Notes: generated by a model not told the origin, from the sequence alone. A DNA stretch of 64,000 nucleotides from a virus (IMGVR_UViG_3300029305_002995:1-64000); one strand, 5' to 3'; positions 43,511-53,231 are shown, numbered from the stretch's first letter. A program made the numbers and translations.

Positions 43511-44857
43511 TTATCTATTTCTAATTGGTGTGTAAATCACATCTGTTAACCCATCTTCATAGTCAAAAACAAATGATTTACACTGTCTTTTAGAATTATA
43601 ACCCTTATCTGCACTCCATTTACTTCTTGCGCTAATGGTAGGAAGTCTTTGGATTCTAATATTGTTTTCTTCTAAAAGTAATTGTTCTGTATGTAAATGT
43701 TGTAGAAACACTTCTACGGTTTCAGCTTGCGACCAATACTGTCTTGCTTCGTCAGCGATTATAGCAGGTAATTTCGCTACTTTACCATCGTGGGCAAAAC
43801 ATAATAAAGTGTTTCCATACAACTGATATTTTCTTGCTTTTGGTGTGCTATCTACCCAGACATTATCATCATGTCTAAACCATGCTTCAATATATTTAGC
43901 CAATTTAAAACCTGTAACTTCATCATGGTTGCCCATAACATAAATTACTTTGACAAATGCTTGCTCTTTTAAAATATCAATAGCCTTAATAGTCATAGCG
44001 CACAATCTTTCATAAGCATCATAATAATGCAGATGATTGTCTTGTGGAGTACCTTTAGTGGTAGTACCACTTAAATTATCTCCATTCAACATATCTCCAC
44101 CAATACAAAAGATTATTTCTTGAAAAGTATAATGAGCTGTTCTGGATAAAACATCTTCAATAACATGAAAGAATAGCTTTTCTGCAATATCACAATTGTA
44201 TTCATTACCCGTAGTCAAAATAGAAGCCTGTAGATTTAAATGTAAATCTGCAATGTCTATTAACAATAGTTTATCACCATTTTTATAATCACTACGATAA
44301 GTTAATTCTGGTAAAGAATATTTTCTATCCAACCTGTCAAAGAAAGAACTAATCTTTTGTAAAGATAAATCTTTTTCTTCTATTGGCTTTATAGTAATAT
44401 AACTTGCATACAAAGTACAAATTCCATCTTGTTTTGAAATAACTTGTCTAATCGTATTTCTTGCACTTACAATTTTCCAGAAATTAGGGTCAAAACCATG
44501 AGCTTGTAGAATATACTCTGGATTTTTAGACTGTTCTTCGTTCATAACAATTAATTTACTACTTGAATAAGAACCATCTTTATTAATCGAAGTTTCAGAA
44601 TAAGACTTTAAATCCATAACAGCATCATTCTGTTTTTCTTTTTGTGATTTAAAATATTCAGCCACAAATGCACCGCCAAAAATTGATGCATTAGCTTTTC
44701 TTAAAGTTTCGGAAGAAACTGGTAAATGATATTGTTCGCAAATTTCATTCCAATCTAAATCAATCACATTGTTTTTCTTATCTTGAATAAGTTGAATACA
44801 TTTTTCGTATTCTTCTGCGGTTAATCCAGACTTTGTAATTTCGTCTAAAAGATTCAT
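43511..44857 (-). CDS. Calcineurin-like metallophosphoesterase
   Basis: DLH, GGD, GNHD, AHDG and HLH motifs. Confidence 0.8.
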   Translation of the reverse strand: MNLLDEITKSGLTAEEYEKCIQLIQDKKNNVIDLDWNEICEQYHLPVSSETLRKANASIFGGAFVAEYFKSQKEKQNDAVMDLKSYSETSINKDGSYSSSKLIVMNEEQSKNPEYILQAHGFDPNFWKIVSARNTIRQVISKQDGICTLYASYITIKPIEEKDLSLQKISSFFDRLDRKYSLPELTYRSDYKNGDKLLLIDIADLHLNLQASILTTGNEYNCDIAEKLFFHVIEDVLSRTAHYTFQEIIFCIGGDMLNGDNLSGTTTKGTPQDNHLHYYDAYERLCAMTIKAIDILKEQAFVKVIYVMGNHDEVTGFKLAKYIEAWFRHDDNVWVDSTPKARKYQLYGNTLLCFAHDGKVAKLPAIIADEARQYWSQAETVEVFLQHLHTEQLLLEENNIRIQRLPTISARSKWSADKGYNSKRQCKSFVFDYEDGLTDVIYTPIRNR

Positions 44858-44890
44858 TGATATCAGTCCCTTCACTAAAATTCAAATTAT

Positions 44891-44966
44891 TGGAGCTTAT
44901 GACCCGACTCGAACAGGCGACCTGCTGATTACAAATCAGCTGCACTACCAACTGTGCTACACAAGC
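44891..44966 (-). tRNA. tRNA-Thr(UGU)
   Basis: Full cloverleaf, anticodon loop TTTGTAA, TTCGAGT T-loop, encoded CCA. Confidence 0.9.
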
Positions 44967-45038
44967 AAATAAAAAACAGACGCAAGCATAAAAACCTGCG
45001 TCTGTAAGCGTATATCTTAAAACATACACCCCAATTAC

Positions 45039-45113
45039 TGGAGGATATGGCGTGACTTGAACACGCATAAGGCAAATTAACAGTTTGCTGCCTAACCGTT
45101 AGGCTACATATCC
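45039..45113 (-). tRNA. tRNA-Asn(GUU)
   Basis: GCAAA-CTGTTAA-TTTGC anticodon arm, TTCAAGT T-loop, CCA. Confidence 0.85.
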
Positions 45114-45230
45114 ATATAAACCCTACGCCCGAAGAACATTATATTAAATATAACTTGAACTTTTACCGAATCAGCAGAAAGATAGCTAATCAAACCACTT
45201 AAAACGTAAACTTGTCAAATAGAGTAGCAC

Positions 45231-45319
45231 TGGCGCAGAAGGTAGGATTTGAACCCACGGTACGTTGCCGTATCATCAGTTTTCAAGACTGACTCCTTAA
45301 ACCACTCGGACACTTCTGC
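45231..45319 (-). tRNA. tRNA-Ser(UGA)
   Basis: TCAGT-CTTGAAA-ACTGA, long variable arm, G73, CCA. Confidence 0.92.
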
Positions 45320-45352
45320 GTATTTATCTTTTACAATCTTTCTTTGCTGTAC

Positions 45353-45439
45353 TGGTGGGGATGGTGGGAGTTGAACCCACACGAAGTTTCCCCCAAGGGA
45401 TTTTAAGTCCCTTGTGTCTGCCTATTCCACCACATCCCC
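45353..45439 (-). tRNA. tRNA-Leu(UAA)
   Basis: AGGGA-CTTAAAA-TCCCT, long variable arm, A73, CCA. Confidence 0.92.
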
Positions 45440-45446
45440 AAATACA

Positions 45447-45524
45447 GGTGGAGGTGGGATTTGAACCCACGTTGTCCAACCAGCCTTAGTAATATAGGAC
45501 GTTTTTCACTAAACTACATCCACC
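45447..45524 (-). pseudogene. tRNA-like element (His-like body, aberrant anticodon arm)
   Basis: GGTGGATG acceptor, D arm, intact GTGGG-TTCAAAT-CCCAC T arm; 19-nt anticodon loop; no CCA. Confidence 0.6.
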
Positions 45525-45715
45525 AGATTTGTTGTGGTCAATCTTTCAATCAACCACAACAACAGCAAAGAAAGGCGTGTAAAAAATATGAATGTAAAGA
45601 AAGATGGTTGTCTGGTGCTATTCCAGACAACCAAATATATATAAAACAGCATTTTCCAAGCAAACACAGTTCGCTTAGTAGCTAATGCTGACTTTATAAC
45701 TATAAAATTTTTATT

Positions 45716-46075
45716 TTACAAGAAAGAATTTCCTACCCAACGTTTAGGTTTAGGAAAATCTTTTAAAAGTTTATCTTTGTAATATCGTGTAATAGTAGCT
45801 TTTAGTTTATATCTATCATTTGCAATTATCTCGGTTTGATTCAGATAATCAAAAGAATCACGCTCTGGAAGATAAGTACATTCAAAATTAATACCCTTAT
45901 ACAACTTAATACAAACATCAGTCTTTTTATCTGCGGTTGCCAGAAGTTGTCTAAATGCTTCTCCAAAAGCATCATATATTTTTTCAAGAACAGGAATGGT
46001 AATTCCTAATTCTTTAGCTACAATTCTTACGATTTGCTTTTTATCGTATGTAACTAATTTCTTAGATTTAATCAC
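45716..46075 (-). CDS. HU/IHF-like DNA-binding protein
   Basis: KKQIVRIVAKELG N-terminal helix and I.L..G..FE...PER arm; sits next to the RNAP gene, like SPbeta yonN. Confidence 0.6.
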   Translation of the reverse strand: MIKSKKLVTYDKKQIVRIVAKELGITIPVLEKIYDAFGEAFRQLLATADKKTDVCIKLYKGINFECTYLPERDSFDYLNQTEIIANDRYKLKATITRYYKDKLLKDFPKPKRWVGNSFL

Positions 46076-46175
46076 ATATATTCACCCTTTACTTAAATTC
46101 ACACTATCTTTAAAAGCAGGAAATAAAACATAGGGTTATTAACTTATTTCCCCAATATAGATATTTCACGATTTC

Positions 46176-46254
46176 AAAAACAACCAGTTTTTTCTGGTCG
46201 TTTTTAGCAGACAATCAAAATCAAAAACAACCAGTTTTTTCTGGCTGTTTTTGA
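46176..46254. repeat. Tandem pair of imperfect palindromes AAAAACAACCAG-T6-CTGGYYGTTTTT (terminators and/or binding sites)
   Basis: Copies at 46176-46205 and 46223-46252, directly after the RNAP stop. Confidence 0.75.
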
Positions 46255-46270
46255 TAAATTTTTGATAGCG

Positions 46271-47029
46271 TTACAACTGATTTTGTCTATACCTTTGTAC
46301 TCTAAGTCGAGTCATTTCACGCTTATGTTCTATAGCGCAAGCTTCACATCTATGCACTTTATTATCTTTCACATTGGTAGTAAACCATTCACCGCAATCA
46401 ACACACTGAACATCTTTGGTATGCAATTTTAGATTTCCACTTAAATTCTCGTAGATATAATCACCATAACATAACCATAAAATCATTTTATGTTTGCTGT
46501 CTTTAACAACATATAAAAGCTTGACTAATATATCTGCAACTTCTGAATTGGAATATCCAAACTTAGATAATTCAGTTTGAATTTCTTCTACAATTCGTTT
46601 GTATCTTAATTCTTGTTTTAATTGAGAATTTTTAAGAACATCCGCAGAATAACATTTATCCACCTGTGAAGCATTATTAAGAGCAAACTTATATTTATTA
46701 CTCAATTCATAATACTTAACAATTAATGGGTCTGTACTTTCTTTGATTAACTTACCTTTGTCTGTAAAATTCACAATACACTCTATATCTGGATTTCGCA
46801 TAAGCAAAGTGTAATCTATAGGGTTAACTTCAAGTTTTCTAAAATTAATTCTTGGATTAGGAATTATATTTTCAAGCTTATTTACAAAGCTATTATTAAC
46901 TGGAAATACTTGATGTTCTTCTTTGTCTTTAGCATATTTAAAGAAATGCGGTAAATTATTATTTGTGAACACACTAATTTGTGCATCAATATTTTTAGGT
47001 CGTGTTGGTTTATACAATGTCTTAGCATA
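46271..47029 (-). CDS. yonO: YonO-like RNA polymerase, exon 3
   Basis: Joining gives ENNFVID-YAKTLYKP; LPHFFKYAK motif; C-terminal Zn ribbon. Confidence 0.85.
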   Translation of the reverse strand, partial: YAKTLYKPTRPKNIDAQISVFTNNNLPHFFKYAKDKEEHQVFPVNNSFVNKLENIIPNPRINFRKLEVNPIDYTLLMRNPDIECIVNFTDKGKLIKESTDPLIVKYYELSNKYKFALNNASQVDKCYSADVLKNSQLKQELRYKRIVEEIQTELSKFGYSNSEVADILVKLLYVVKDSKHKMILWLCYGDYIYENLSGNLKLHTKDVQCVDCGEWFTTNVKDNKVHRCEACAIEHKREMTRLRVQRYRQNQL

Positions 47030-47419
47030 CTTAATTATACCCTCGGTTTCCCGATATTTATTAGGGGAATAGACTATATCATTACCCTATGTCAATTCAT
47101 AGGCTTATTATTAAGGGATTTCTCCGTAGTTAGCACTTCGATTTGAGGGGTTTTCACCCAGCAAGTATTTCATCTTGCCCCTACTCCTGTTGCTGAATTT
47201 CACAGCCTATGGGATAGTCGTTAGACCTTCAATTATATATCAAATATAATTGCTTGGCACTGGATTGTCATATAACAATATAAAGTTACTTAGATTTTCC
47301 CTGTTAGCATAGTTTTTCATCGTCATTTCCTACGATTACAATAGCAAACTACACACCCTACATTTATAGGTTCACTAACTTATTCGATATGTATTACTAC
47401 ATAAAGCGACTATATTTTA
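47030..47419 (-). mobile_element. ORF-less group I intron (390 nt), RNAP intron 2
   Basis: P AACAGGGAAA, R TCTAACGACTA, S ATGATATAGTCT; P1 CGAT/GTCG with U-G; terminal G at 47030; in-frame junction. Confidence 0.9.
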
Positions 47420-47722
47420 ATCGATAACAAAATTATTCTCCATACACAACAATTTAATAATATTAATAGCGTTTTGTTTTTCTTCTTCTGTTCCAGAAAT
47501 AAATACTTCACTATTCCATATTTTTGAAATATTGTTACTATATACACCTATATTACCACCTATAAAAGCAGCATTTAAACCATGATAAATAGATTCACTG
47601 TTTAACTGCACTGGCAATGCTTTTTTCATATTGTAGTACAAAGGCACAATATTCTGCATATTACGTTCCGCTACGTTAATTAGCGTCTTATCTGCTACTA
47701 CAAGGGACTTGTCTCCATCCAC
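47420..47722 (-). CDS. yonO: YonO-like RNA polymerase, exon 2
   Basis: Begins VDGDKSL; contains IGVYSNNISKIWN. Confidence 0.88.
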
Positions 47723-48744
47723 CACGATACTTTACATATCGCAGACTATATCTTAACCATATCTTTTCAGACTTAGGTTCTCAGCACTTCCACATAATGA
47801 ATGTCACATTATATGTACTCTACTTGGTTACTCATATAACACCATTTAAGGTTTTATATTATCCTTTCGATAGTCGTTTGATTTTCGTAAAATAAAAATT
47901 CAATCATTTTATATATTTTTTAATGCTATAATGTTTTTTATACAAAGAATTATTTCTAATTGCTCTATTCAATTGACACCGTACAGTTTCTACGTTATCT
48001 GTATCAGCTACACCAATATCAATTAAATATTGACAACATGGTACAATATAATCAAAACTTTTAACCAACTCTCCATCGTAAAATAAATCAACTGGTGTAC
48101 TACGACCATTTTGTGTTGCAGGTCTACCTTGTTTTATTTTAGACAGCAATTTATCATTTTGGTATTTCTTTGACAATTTATCATTTCCATAATTAGGATT
48201 TTTCTCGCCATGATAATCTGGTCTATTACAATTACTATATCTAACATTATCAGCATGAGTCATCCATTCTAAATTATCTGCTTTAGGATTTGCTCTATTG
48301 TAATCTTTGTGATTTACTTCTGGTAAATTATTTGGATTCGGTACAAAAGCAATGGCAACTAATATATGTACTGCTACGCTACGATAACCGATATTAGGCA
48401 ATCGCAAAGTACACACAATATATCCATCTGCATTATATCTATGTACACACTCTTTTCCATTACAAATAATCTTTCCAAAATTAGATACAGTTAAGTTTAA
48501 TCCTTTATAGCAAATATTTTTATATTGTTCTTGCAATTATAACACCACCTATTTTTTTTATAAAATGATGGATTATTTTTATTTTACGCTTAACACAGGA
48601 TTGCCATAATTAGTTTCCCTGTTAGCACATTACCAAATCGTCATTTCCTACGATTCCAAAAATGTGTAATGTACACCCTATATTTATAGGTTCACTGAGT
48701 TTTATATCTCTATGTTTCCATAGAGTTTGACATTTTTACTGGTC
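47723..48744 (-). mobile_element. Group I intron (1022 nt), RNAP intron 1, in the catalytic motif
   Basis: P1 TTTGAT/GTCAAA with U-G; P AACAGGGAAA, Q AATCCTGTGTT, R TCAAACGACTA, S AAGATATAGTCT; P3 CTCAGTG/TGCTGAG; terminal G at 47723. Confidence 0.93.
47904..48536 (-). CDS. Intron-encoded HNH homing endonuclease (I-HmuI-like)
   Basis: VHILVAIAFVPNPNNLPEVNHKDYNRANPKADNLEWMTHADN; enclosed by a 14-bp P6a stem CGTAAAATAAAAAT/ATTTTTATTTTACG. Confidence 0.9.
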   Translation of the reverse strand: MQEQYKNICYKGLNLTVSNFGKIICNGKECVHRYNADGYIVCTLRLPNIGYRSVAVHILVAIAFVPNPNNLPEVNHKDYNRANPKADNLEWMTHADNVRYSNCNRPDYHGEKNPNYGNDKLSKKYQNDKLLSKIKQGRPATQNGRSTPVDLFYDGELVKSFDYIVPCCQYLIDIGVADTDNVETVRCQLNRAIRNNSLYKKHYSIKKYIK

Positions 48745-50574
48745 ATCAAATTGGAGAACTTTGGAAATTAAATCCTTACAGCTTGTATATAAAGCGTCAG
48801 TACAAAACCATCTTCTAATACTTTGCTGTAATTCTTCATTTTTGTAATAAGCAAGATTTTTTCTAATAGGATGTTCCCTATATAAATGCGGACTTCGCAA
48901 ACAATCTAATTTTTCATTTCTTCTAAACAACCAACAAAACACTTCGCCATCATTCAATAATCCATCTGGATTTTCTATACCCTTAAACCAATACTCACAC
49001 GCCGCATAAAAGTCTGGTAGAATAAAAGTATATTTACCATTGATTTTCAACTTACCTGCTTTAAATCGTTTAATCATACTATCTTTTAATTCTCTAAGAT
49101 AGGATTTTACATATTCATCATTTAACAAATTAGGATATAGTTCAATGGATTTCTGAAATGGTGTTTTATCTAAATTATATGGGGTAACTCCAAATGCTGC
49201 TTTAATTGTATCTACAGAAGAAGTTAAATTTTTTAACGTACAAATAGAATCGTTAGCAATCTTTAAGATTTCTTCATCAGATATATCAGTCAAGCTCTGG
49301 AGCATCTGATAATTAATTGTTGCATTTTTAATTCTATCTTCTTCTGGATTAGTAAAACCTGCTGTACAACCATATCGTTTATATAATTCTTTATAGTTAT
49401 CCCAAGAATCGTAATATTTCCAGAGTTTAAATTGACTTTTCGTAAAGATAACTTCAATATCTTCTTCTATTACATTATGTTCTTGACCATAAATATCTTT
49501 AATTACTGGCGAACAATTATTTTCAATAATGAACTCTCTGAAATTAAACACTCCAAGTAAGCCTTTAACCCAAGGTAAACGAACCATACGATTTTTACCC
49601 ATCTTAGGCAACATCATACCTGCACCATCTGTATGTGTAATTACAACATTATTAGATACTCTGTTAATTGAATAATCCACATCATCTACTAAATCGAAAG
49701 TACCAAACACTTCGGTTTCAAAATCATCAATCACTATTGTTTTATCGATATTAAATTCTTCCCATACGTCAGTAGCGGAATTTGCCAAAGCAAGATAAGC
49801 TAAATGCTTATTTGGATTATTTCCACCTCTACGATTAATTTCATCTACAGTCAAACCACACATAATTGTTTTTTCATGCTGTTTCCAAATAGATTCTTTT
49901 ATAAAAACAACTTTCTTGGTTCTAATTTGTCCAGCAGATGAAGTAAAATAGATATATTTTTCGCCTTCAAATTCAAAGCCATGATATATCAAATCTTTAA
50001 TAATATCGAAATAATACACTTGAATTACCATGAAATCTTTACATAATTCATCTTGTTTTGCTTGAATAGTTCTGGTAAACGAAGATTCAAAAACAGAAAT
50101 AATATCATCATTTGAAATTTCATTTTCTCTAACTTTACGAATATGATGTTTTCCTTTGGATTTAATATTAGCTTCAACCTTGACAGATAACAGTTTTAGT
50201 AGAGCTTCTTCTACGTTGTGAATTGCATTAGTTTTTACTGACATTAAATCTCTGAGCTTTTTATATTTCTTTGCCCAGAACACAACATCTTCATTTCCAC
50301 CCCATAAAGCATAGTCAAATTTATCTTTAACAATATCGCTAAAGTCATTTTCATCTAAACCATATAGATTTAACTTTTTCTCAATTTCTTTATATCCAAC
50401 TATGATACGCTTAACTTCACCATTAGATTTTGTAATATAGCCACCTTTTTTAATTTGATTCTTTTCTTCTCGTAAAGTGTGAATCTTTTTATGTAGCCTT
50501 GCTTCTTTGTTGGTGTAAAAATAGCCTGTATCTATAGAATATATTTGTAATTGGCGGTCTAACAACGCTATCAC
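48745..50574 (-). CDS. yonO: YonO-like single-subunit DNA-dependent RNA polymerase, exon 1 (spliced ~960 aa)
   Basis: SSAGQIRTKK, HTDGAGM, RLPWVKGLL, TKSQFK, NYQMLQ, LRSPHLYREH and LQFD|VDGD double-psi-barrel motifs; start may be TTG at 50565. Confidence 0.88.
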
Positions 50575-50635
50575 CCACCTTTATTTACATTCATGTAATT
50601 ACAACCTTATTATCTTACGCTTAAATAAAAATATT

Positions 50636-50830
50636 TTAGTTATCAAACAATTCATTTTCAAACACACTAAAATACGAATTTACATAATCACGATACGACT
50701 TTGTATCTTTAAATCCAGATTTAAAAATTCGTCTATCTTCTGGAGGGTAAAAATCTTCTTCTGATAATTCGTAAAAATTACTTAAATGACTTATACCATT
50801 GTCTTGTTGAGGAACACACATACCATACAC
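50636..50830 (-). CDS. Small hypothetical protein
   Basis: AAGGAGGG RBS; packed in the operon. Confidence 0.5.
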   Translation of the reverse strand: MYGMCVPQQDNGISHLSNFYELSEEDFYPPEDRRIFKSGFKDTKSYRDYVNSYFSVFENELFDN

Positions 50831-50854
50831 CCTCCTTCCTGCTACTTAACTTAT

Positions 50855-51703
50855 TCATTTAATTTTTCTAATCTTATTATTAACTTCATCCAAATAATAC
50901 TCATGTCCACTTGCCAATAGATATTGTCCTTCACGTTTATAAGTATTTGCGAACACTGTATAATCAGTGCGGTATTTGTCTTGATATTTAATCCTTGGTA
51001 AAGTTTTATAGTAAATTAAATTTAATTCTACCAAAGCATCAATAGCCAAATTAAGTGTCCTTTTAGTAATATTAAGCTTTTCAGCAATATCTTTTAAAAA
51101 ACCACAATATGCTTCTGGATTATTTTGTTTTCGTTTATCGATTGCATATTCTAAATTATGTGTGTTATCTACATTTAGCTCTTGTACAGTCAACAAATTC
51201 CTTCTTTTGAAGATTGACATTCTTAAATAAGCAAACACAAGCAAAATAGCTTCTGTATTATTAAAATCAGAATATTGTCCATAATCTAAAATACGTTGAA
51301 CTTCATCTATGTAAATCAAAGCAAATCTTGAAGCACATTCATCCATTAACTTTTTAGAATCTATTGAGACTTCAAAACAATAAGCATTAGAATCCAAACC
51401 AGAATCATCATAGGTCAAGAAATCATAAAACTGTTTATAATAAATAAAGAGATTTCTAATATTGTTGTTAATTCCCTTTGCACATCTGTTTGGAACATGA
51501 CCTAACCACTTCACAATAAAGTCAATATTACATAATACTTTTTCATTTCTACCCAGATAACACAATAAAAAAGTCAGTAATCCAATTCGTTTTTCAGACA
51601 TTCTACCATCTAAAATAATAGATTCTGGAATCGCAAAATAGAAATTTTGATTTTTTTCTAATTTTTTTGGATTCAAATATTCAAATTTTTTATTTTCAGT
51701 CAT
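50855..51703 (-). CDS. Winged-helix DNA-binding protein (Rep/regulator-like)
   Basis: FAIPESII N-terminus and IAEKLNITKRTLNLAIDALVELNLI HTH. Confidence 0.55.
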   Translation of the reverse strand: MTENKKFEYLNPKKLEKNQNFYFAIPESIILDGRMSEKRIGLLTFLLCYLGRNEKVLCNIDFIVKWLGHVPNRCAKGINNNIRNLFIYYKQFYDFLTYDDSGLDSNAYCFEVSIDSKKLMDECASRFALIYIDEVQRILDYGQYSDFNNTEAILLVFAYLRMSIFKRRNLLTVQELNVDNTHNLEYAIDKRKQNNPEAYCGFLKDIAEKLNITKRTLNLAIDALVELNLIYYKTLPRIKYQDKYRTDYTVFANTYKREGQYLLASGHEYYLDEVNNKIRKIK

Positions 51704-52225
51704 ATCCTATTCCCTTATTTTTACAATTCACTATTTTCAGCAGCTAATTTTTCAAAATTCAAATTCAAAAATATACAGTTAACGTACACGATTGGCATTT
51801 ATAGGGGTAGAAAAATCAAATCGTGTACAAAATCCGTATCGTTTTTTAACTTCTATATATAATATATAATAGAAATATATATAAAATACTTAAAGCACAC
51901 TTTTTTTCACTACCTGCTGAAAAGTACAAATTCTATAAGCTATCTCATACGTTATTTTCATGCTAAAACACTTTATACGAATTATCTTTTTATGTAAATA
52001 TCTCTTTGATACTGAATAACTTTATTTTAAATTAATATTTTCTGAAATATTAGCTTTAGAAAAATATTATTTTCTTGGGATTAAGTCATACCTGCACTAT
52101 CTTTTGTCTTTATATGGTGTTTTAGATTTATTTGCGTTTTAGCTTATAACCTTATTATCCTACTATTAGTTTTAAATAGTAAGGTTTTGTTCAATAATGA
52201 CTTATACCTTTACTATCTATGCAAT

Positions 52226-52254
52226 ATATTACCATATTTTTATTAGTTTGTCAA
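52226..52254 (-). promoter_or_regulatory. Leftward sigmaA promoter for the wHTH-RNAP operon
   Basis: TTGACA-17-TAATAT with TG extension. Confidence 0.65.
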
Positions 52255-53219
52255 TAGGCTAAGATAATAAAGTTATAAGTTATTTTCTTGTTTATTTTGG
52301 TATGGATTTTAGATTTTTATAGTTCGATTTTAATTTTGGTGATTTTGTTTATTTTGCACAAATATGGCTTTTAGTTGGACATTATTTGAAATTTGATTTA
52401 TTTGTGTTTGATTTTATAGTTCATCACATTTTTTATATGGTTTTAGGGTGTTTTATCACATTTTTCTAATATATATTTTATTGTTACATTTTTTGTACTT
52501 TTTTATTTTCATTTAGTTTTTTCTGGCTGTTTTTAAAAATGGTAATCCATTGTCAAAATTGATTGAAATTTTTGGGAATTGTAAATTTTAAGATAAATTT
52601 TTCTGGTTCTTTTCTAATACTGCAAGCGTATGTTCTGAATTACTAAAAATTAGATTTTAGTAAAAAAACAGGGTGGGTTCATTTTTAGGTTTTTCATGGG
52701 TGAGCAATAGCTCGTATAGTATGATATTGGCTGTAAAATAGAGGTATATGCGGATATATATGAGGGTGATTTTTAAAAAATTTGAATATGGGGTGGTATG
52801 GGAATTAGGTGAAATAAGAGTAAATTAAAGGTTTGGATTTGGACTATTTAAAGGTTGGTTGGTATAAATTTAAGATAGATTTAAGGTAAGTTTATAGGAT
52901 AGTTGTAGGGTGATTTTGGGTTAGATTTGGGGTGGATTTGTGTGTTAAAAAGGTTGTATATAGGGTTATTTATAGGGCGATTGTAGGATGAATGTAGAAT
53001 AAAACTATGACAAAATTAAGTAAGAAATTAATACAAGAATTACTGGTTTATTTTAGGGGTATGTATAGGTGTGTATGTGGTATGGGTTTTAGGATGTGTG
53101 ATTAGATAGACCAGACAAGACTTCGGCTCGTGGCACTTTCGTGTGTTAAAGTGTAAATACGCCCTACCTGCTCCGTTCATATTCCAATTTGAAAAAGCCT
53201 CAAAAAATCAAATTGAAAA

Positions 53220-53231
53220 GAACATACGTTC
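53220..53231. promoter_or_regulatory. Firmicutes LexA (Cheo) box
   Basis: GAACATACGTTC matches GAAC-N4-GTTC. Confidence 0.5.

Noticed and set aside
45447-45524. tmRNA
   Set aside because: Too short, has a D stem, no G3-U70 pair and no tag reading frame
306-45685. Plus-strand ORFs in the left arm and ORFs over tRNAs or introns (e.g. 2688-3242, 31732-31974, 44778-45068)
   Set aside because: Antisense shadows of real genes or overlaps with structured RNAs; no RBS
14853-50574. Pseudogene, frameshift or stop-codon-recoding explanation for the split RNAP, tape measure and tail genes
   Set aside because: Each break has complete group I P/Q/R/S elements and an exact in-frame junction; the other genes are intact under the standard code
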